NCBI RefSeq assembly: GCF_902713615.1
Contig: NC_052149.1
Span: 157,976,379-158,040,378 of the forward strand
Reading direction: 5' to 3'
From: Scyliorhinus canicula
Lineage: Eukaryota
Length of the DNA stretch: 64,000 bases
In this document: positions 61,540 to 64,000 of the stretch, piece after piece
Position numbering within the stretch: the first letter of the stretch is position 1
How the letters are laid out: each line of letters starts with the position of its first letter
Translations under genes and position numbers: made by a program
The notes under the pieces: model-generated
Database searches by the model: none
What the model was told of the DNA's origin: nothing
Seen by the model: only the letters and a program-made list of their open reading frames with translations

Positions 61540-62720
61540 GTGGGCTTGGTCTAATTCAAGAGGGGATGTGAATCCACCCTCACCACCATCTTACATGTCT
61601 GTGACGTACTCAGTGGGCGTTGGGCCTTCCATCCCCTCTGGCAGTCCCACAATTCGAATATTCTGCCTCCCTGGACATATTTTTTAGGTAATTGATCTTG
61701 ATCTCCAATGATTTGTTCATTTCGACCACTGGAGATATCTCTGCTTCCTGAGAGACAATCCAATCACTATTACCTGAGAGGGCCATTTCCATATTTAATT
61801 GTGGCTCCACAAGTTTCTACCGTTTCATTGGTTTTCCCTAAAGCTGGCCGAATGTGGGCCACGGCCTCTTCCATTGATTTCCGGAGGTCCTCTAACACAA
61901 TTTCCCAGTGTTTCTTGAATTTCTTTGGCAAGGTACTAGCAAGCACGTCGGCTGTTATAGTCTGACCAGAGCACCAGAGAGGACTCTGCCATTATACTTG
62001 CCAGCTAACTTTGAAAGGCCTCCAATTCTGTCGATGAACTGCTGCTTTCCACGTTCTTTCCATTGACTTTTCTGGGCATTTTGACTGTGAAAGGTCCGTA
62101 TTGCATTAATTATGTGGGTTTTTAAGAAAAAACAAGCCCCTGGTACTAAGGAAAGGGGCAAAACGTACCGAATTCCAGTGGGAGCACCTCGTGCATGTCC
62201 TCCTCCTACATTGCACCACCAGAAGTCCCAGTGAGCATGCCATTTGATTGTGAAAAGCATCAGAACTGGGCTTGAGCCAGTCCTCAGTCAATTCCATTGG
62301 GGTTAATATAACGAACCTTGAATTCTGACTTTTCACTTCGTTTGGTTGCTTAGGTCAATTGCAAAATATATTGTCCAACGTGATTGGAGACACTGTTCCC
62401 TCATCCAGAGGTCAAACAGAAAGTGTGCCCCCTGTTACACATAGGGAAATCTGCAGCAAAAACTAAATCTCTGTGATCTGGAGTGATCTATGCTGGGAGG
62501 TGACAATGTGAGGTGATTCGCTCCACAACGGTGATTTCATAGCAGCATTTAATAATTCTTCAAGTATAGATTATGTTTATTCAACTTGGGGAAAAGGGCA
62601 CTAAAATTGACTGGATATATTTTATGTTTGAAAATGGAGCTGATGTATAGTTTTCATGTTTGGCTACAATCGGTGCCACCATAGTGGTCAAGTAGATGTT
62701 GGGATGACATGGTAACAAAA

Positions 62721-63073
62721 AGGGCAGTACGGTAGCATTGTGGATAGCACAATTGCTTCACAGCTCCAGGGCCCCAGGTTCGATTCCGGCTTGGGTCACT
62801 GTTTGTGCGGAGTCTGCACATCCTCCCCGTGTGTGCGTGGGTTTCCTCCGGGTGCTGCGGTTTCCTCCCACAGTCCAAAGATGTGCATGTTAGGTGGATT
62901 GGCCGTGATAAATTGCCCTTCATGTCCAAAATTGCCCTTAGTGTTGGGTGGGGTTCCTGGGTTATGGGGATATGGTGGAGGTGTTGACCTTGGGTAGAGT
63001 GCTCTTTCCAAGAGCTGGTGCAGACTCGATGGGCCGAATGGCCTCCTGCACTGTAAATTCTATGATAACTATG
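62721..63073 (+). mobile_element. HE1-like SINE
   Basis: Very similar to 36389-36741. Confidence 0.9.
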
Positions 63074-63074
63074 A

Positions 63075-63840
63075 AAAGCGATAACAAAAGGGTGCTCCCG
63101 TCAGAGTTTGGGCACAGACGCAGCATGTAAGAGCAGCTCAGTTACTGTGAACAAACATCTACTGTTATTCGTTGTTGGTTGCCCTGACATGGTGTCAGGA
63201 GTTGACAGTTGTCAGAGATTTTGTTGGATCAACCTGCTCGTGTTTGATAAAAACGTCACAGACTGGACGAAATTCAGAAAATAGTAGCATGTATACTGTG
63301 ATGCCGGCCTAATGGTCAATTCAAAGAAGTTACAGACGTACAAAAACACTTTACGGTGAGAGCATCGACACTGTTACAGAGAAGGGTGAAATTCTCACCA
63401 CATTAAATAGTGCCAGCAGAAAAGCAAAACTAAAAATAAAGATCTTCACAGGAGCAAAGTGCAATGTCCTGCCCAGGTAGTAGTTGCGTGAAATTGATGC
63501 TGCCTCAGATCCCTGAACTCAAGTGGACTTCACGTCGTATGGCAGACAAATGATCCATACAGAGGGTGTTATCATCCTCCACTGCACGCTGGACAGTTTT
63601 CAATGTCATGTTGTTGACCAAAATGTTAAGCCACAAAATTCCAGATGTGTAAACGCTGTAGCATTAGGCTCCAGAAATTATGGAATATACAGTCCTAAAC
63701 AACTGCGACACCATTGAAAATAGTTGACTTGATTCTACCTGCGGTCTGTGCTCTCGGAAGGGTCTCCCTAGCGATGAAGCAGCAAATAATCGATGAGCTG
63801 GACCACATTACAACACTGGGTGCCATAGCCCCATTGTTGG
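63075..63840 (+). mobile_element. Decayed Gypsy fragment (LTR end, tRNA-Leu-like PBS, pro/RT remnants)
   Basis: ...GACA followed by TGGTGTCAGGAGT (63190-63202); IFTGAKCNVLP (degenerate DTG); QQIIDELDHITTLGAIAP. Confidence 0.6.
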
Positions 63841-63851
63841 GGCCACAGATT

Positions 63852-64000
63852 AGGGCAGGGATTTTCCGAAATCCCGGCCAAGTGTTGAAGCCGGCGTCAA
63901 AACCGGCGCAAGCAACGCCAGTGTCAACGGGCCTCCAGGTCCAGGCATTCACCCCTTCCTCGGGGGCTAGAATGGCGCTGGAGTGCTGTGCGCTGCTCCG
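63852..64000. mobile_element. Start of a Harbinger-like MITE
   Basis: gggcagggattttccg terminus and a switch to GC-rich sequence. Confidence 0.45.

Larger units (their letters stand above)
58600..61965 (-). mobile_element. Old L1 ORF1 remnant (58600-58930 and 61540-61965) split by a younger L1
   Basis: KFHNFMEKERVLSWAK..YQDMETELAKKR..RFGV..LKVTF. Confidence 0.7.

Overview
Vertebrate nuclear DNA, most likely from a cartilaginous fish (shark). This is inferred from the HE1/V-SINE-type and Deu-type SINEs, CR1 LINEs and Penelope-like elements. No intact host protein-coding gene was recognised; the window is mostly nested transposable elements. Two related class I (gamma/epsilon-like) endogenous retroviruses lie head-to-head. 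ERV-A (minus strand, ~15961-26092) is 3'-truncated and interrupted by a LINE-1. ERV-B (plus strand, 34391-43607) has two 397-bp LTRs, a 5-bp TSD and decayed gag-pro-pol-env. Main observations: (1) both ERVs carry a CNPase-like 2H-phosphoesterase domain between protease and RT. (2) Both share the same RT-inactivating deletions although they appear to be separate insertions, which suggests a non-autonomous lineage mobilised in trans. (3) In ERV-B the N-terminal half of integrase is replaced, in frame at both junctions, by a ~0.94-kb Gypsy (Gmr1/SCAN-type) gag-protease segment. Also present: Penelope-like remnants with minimal hammerhead ribozymes (one a U3-A8 core variant), a hAT non-autonomous element with perfect TIRs and TSD, Harbinger transposase and Myb remnants, three solo LTRs, several L1/CR1 fragments, a ferritin retrocopy and a 147-N assembly gap. 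All coordinates and counts were read by eye.
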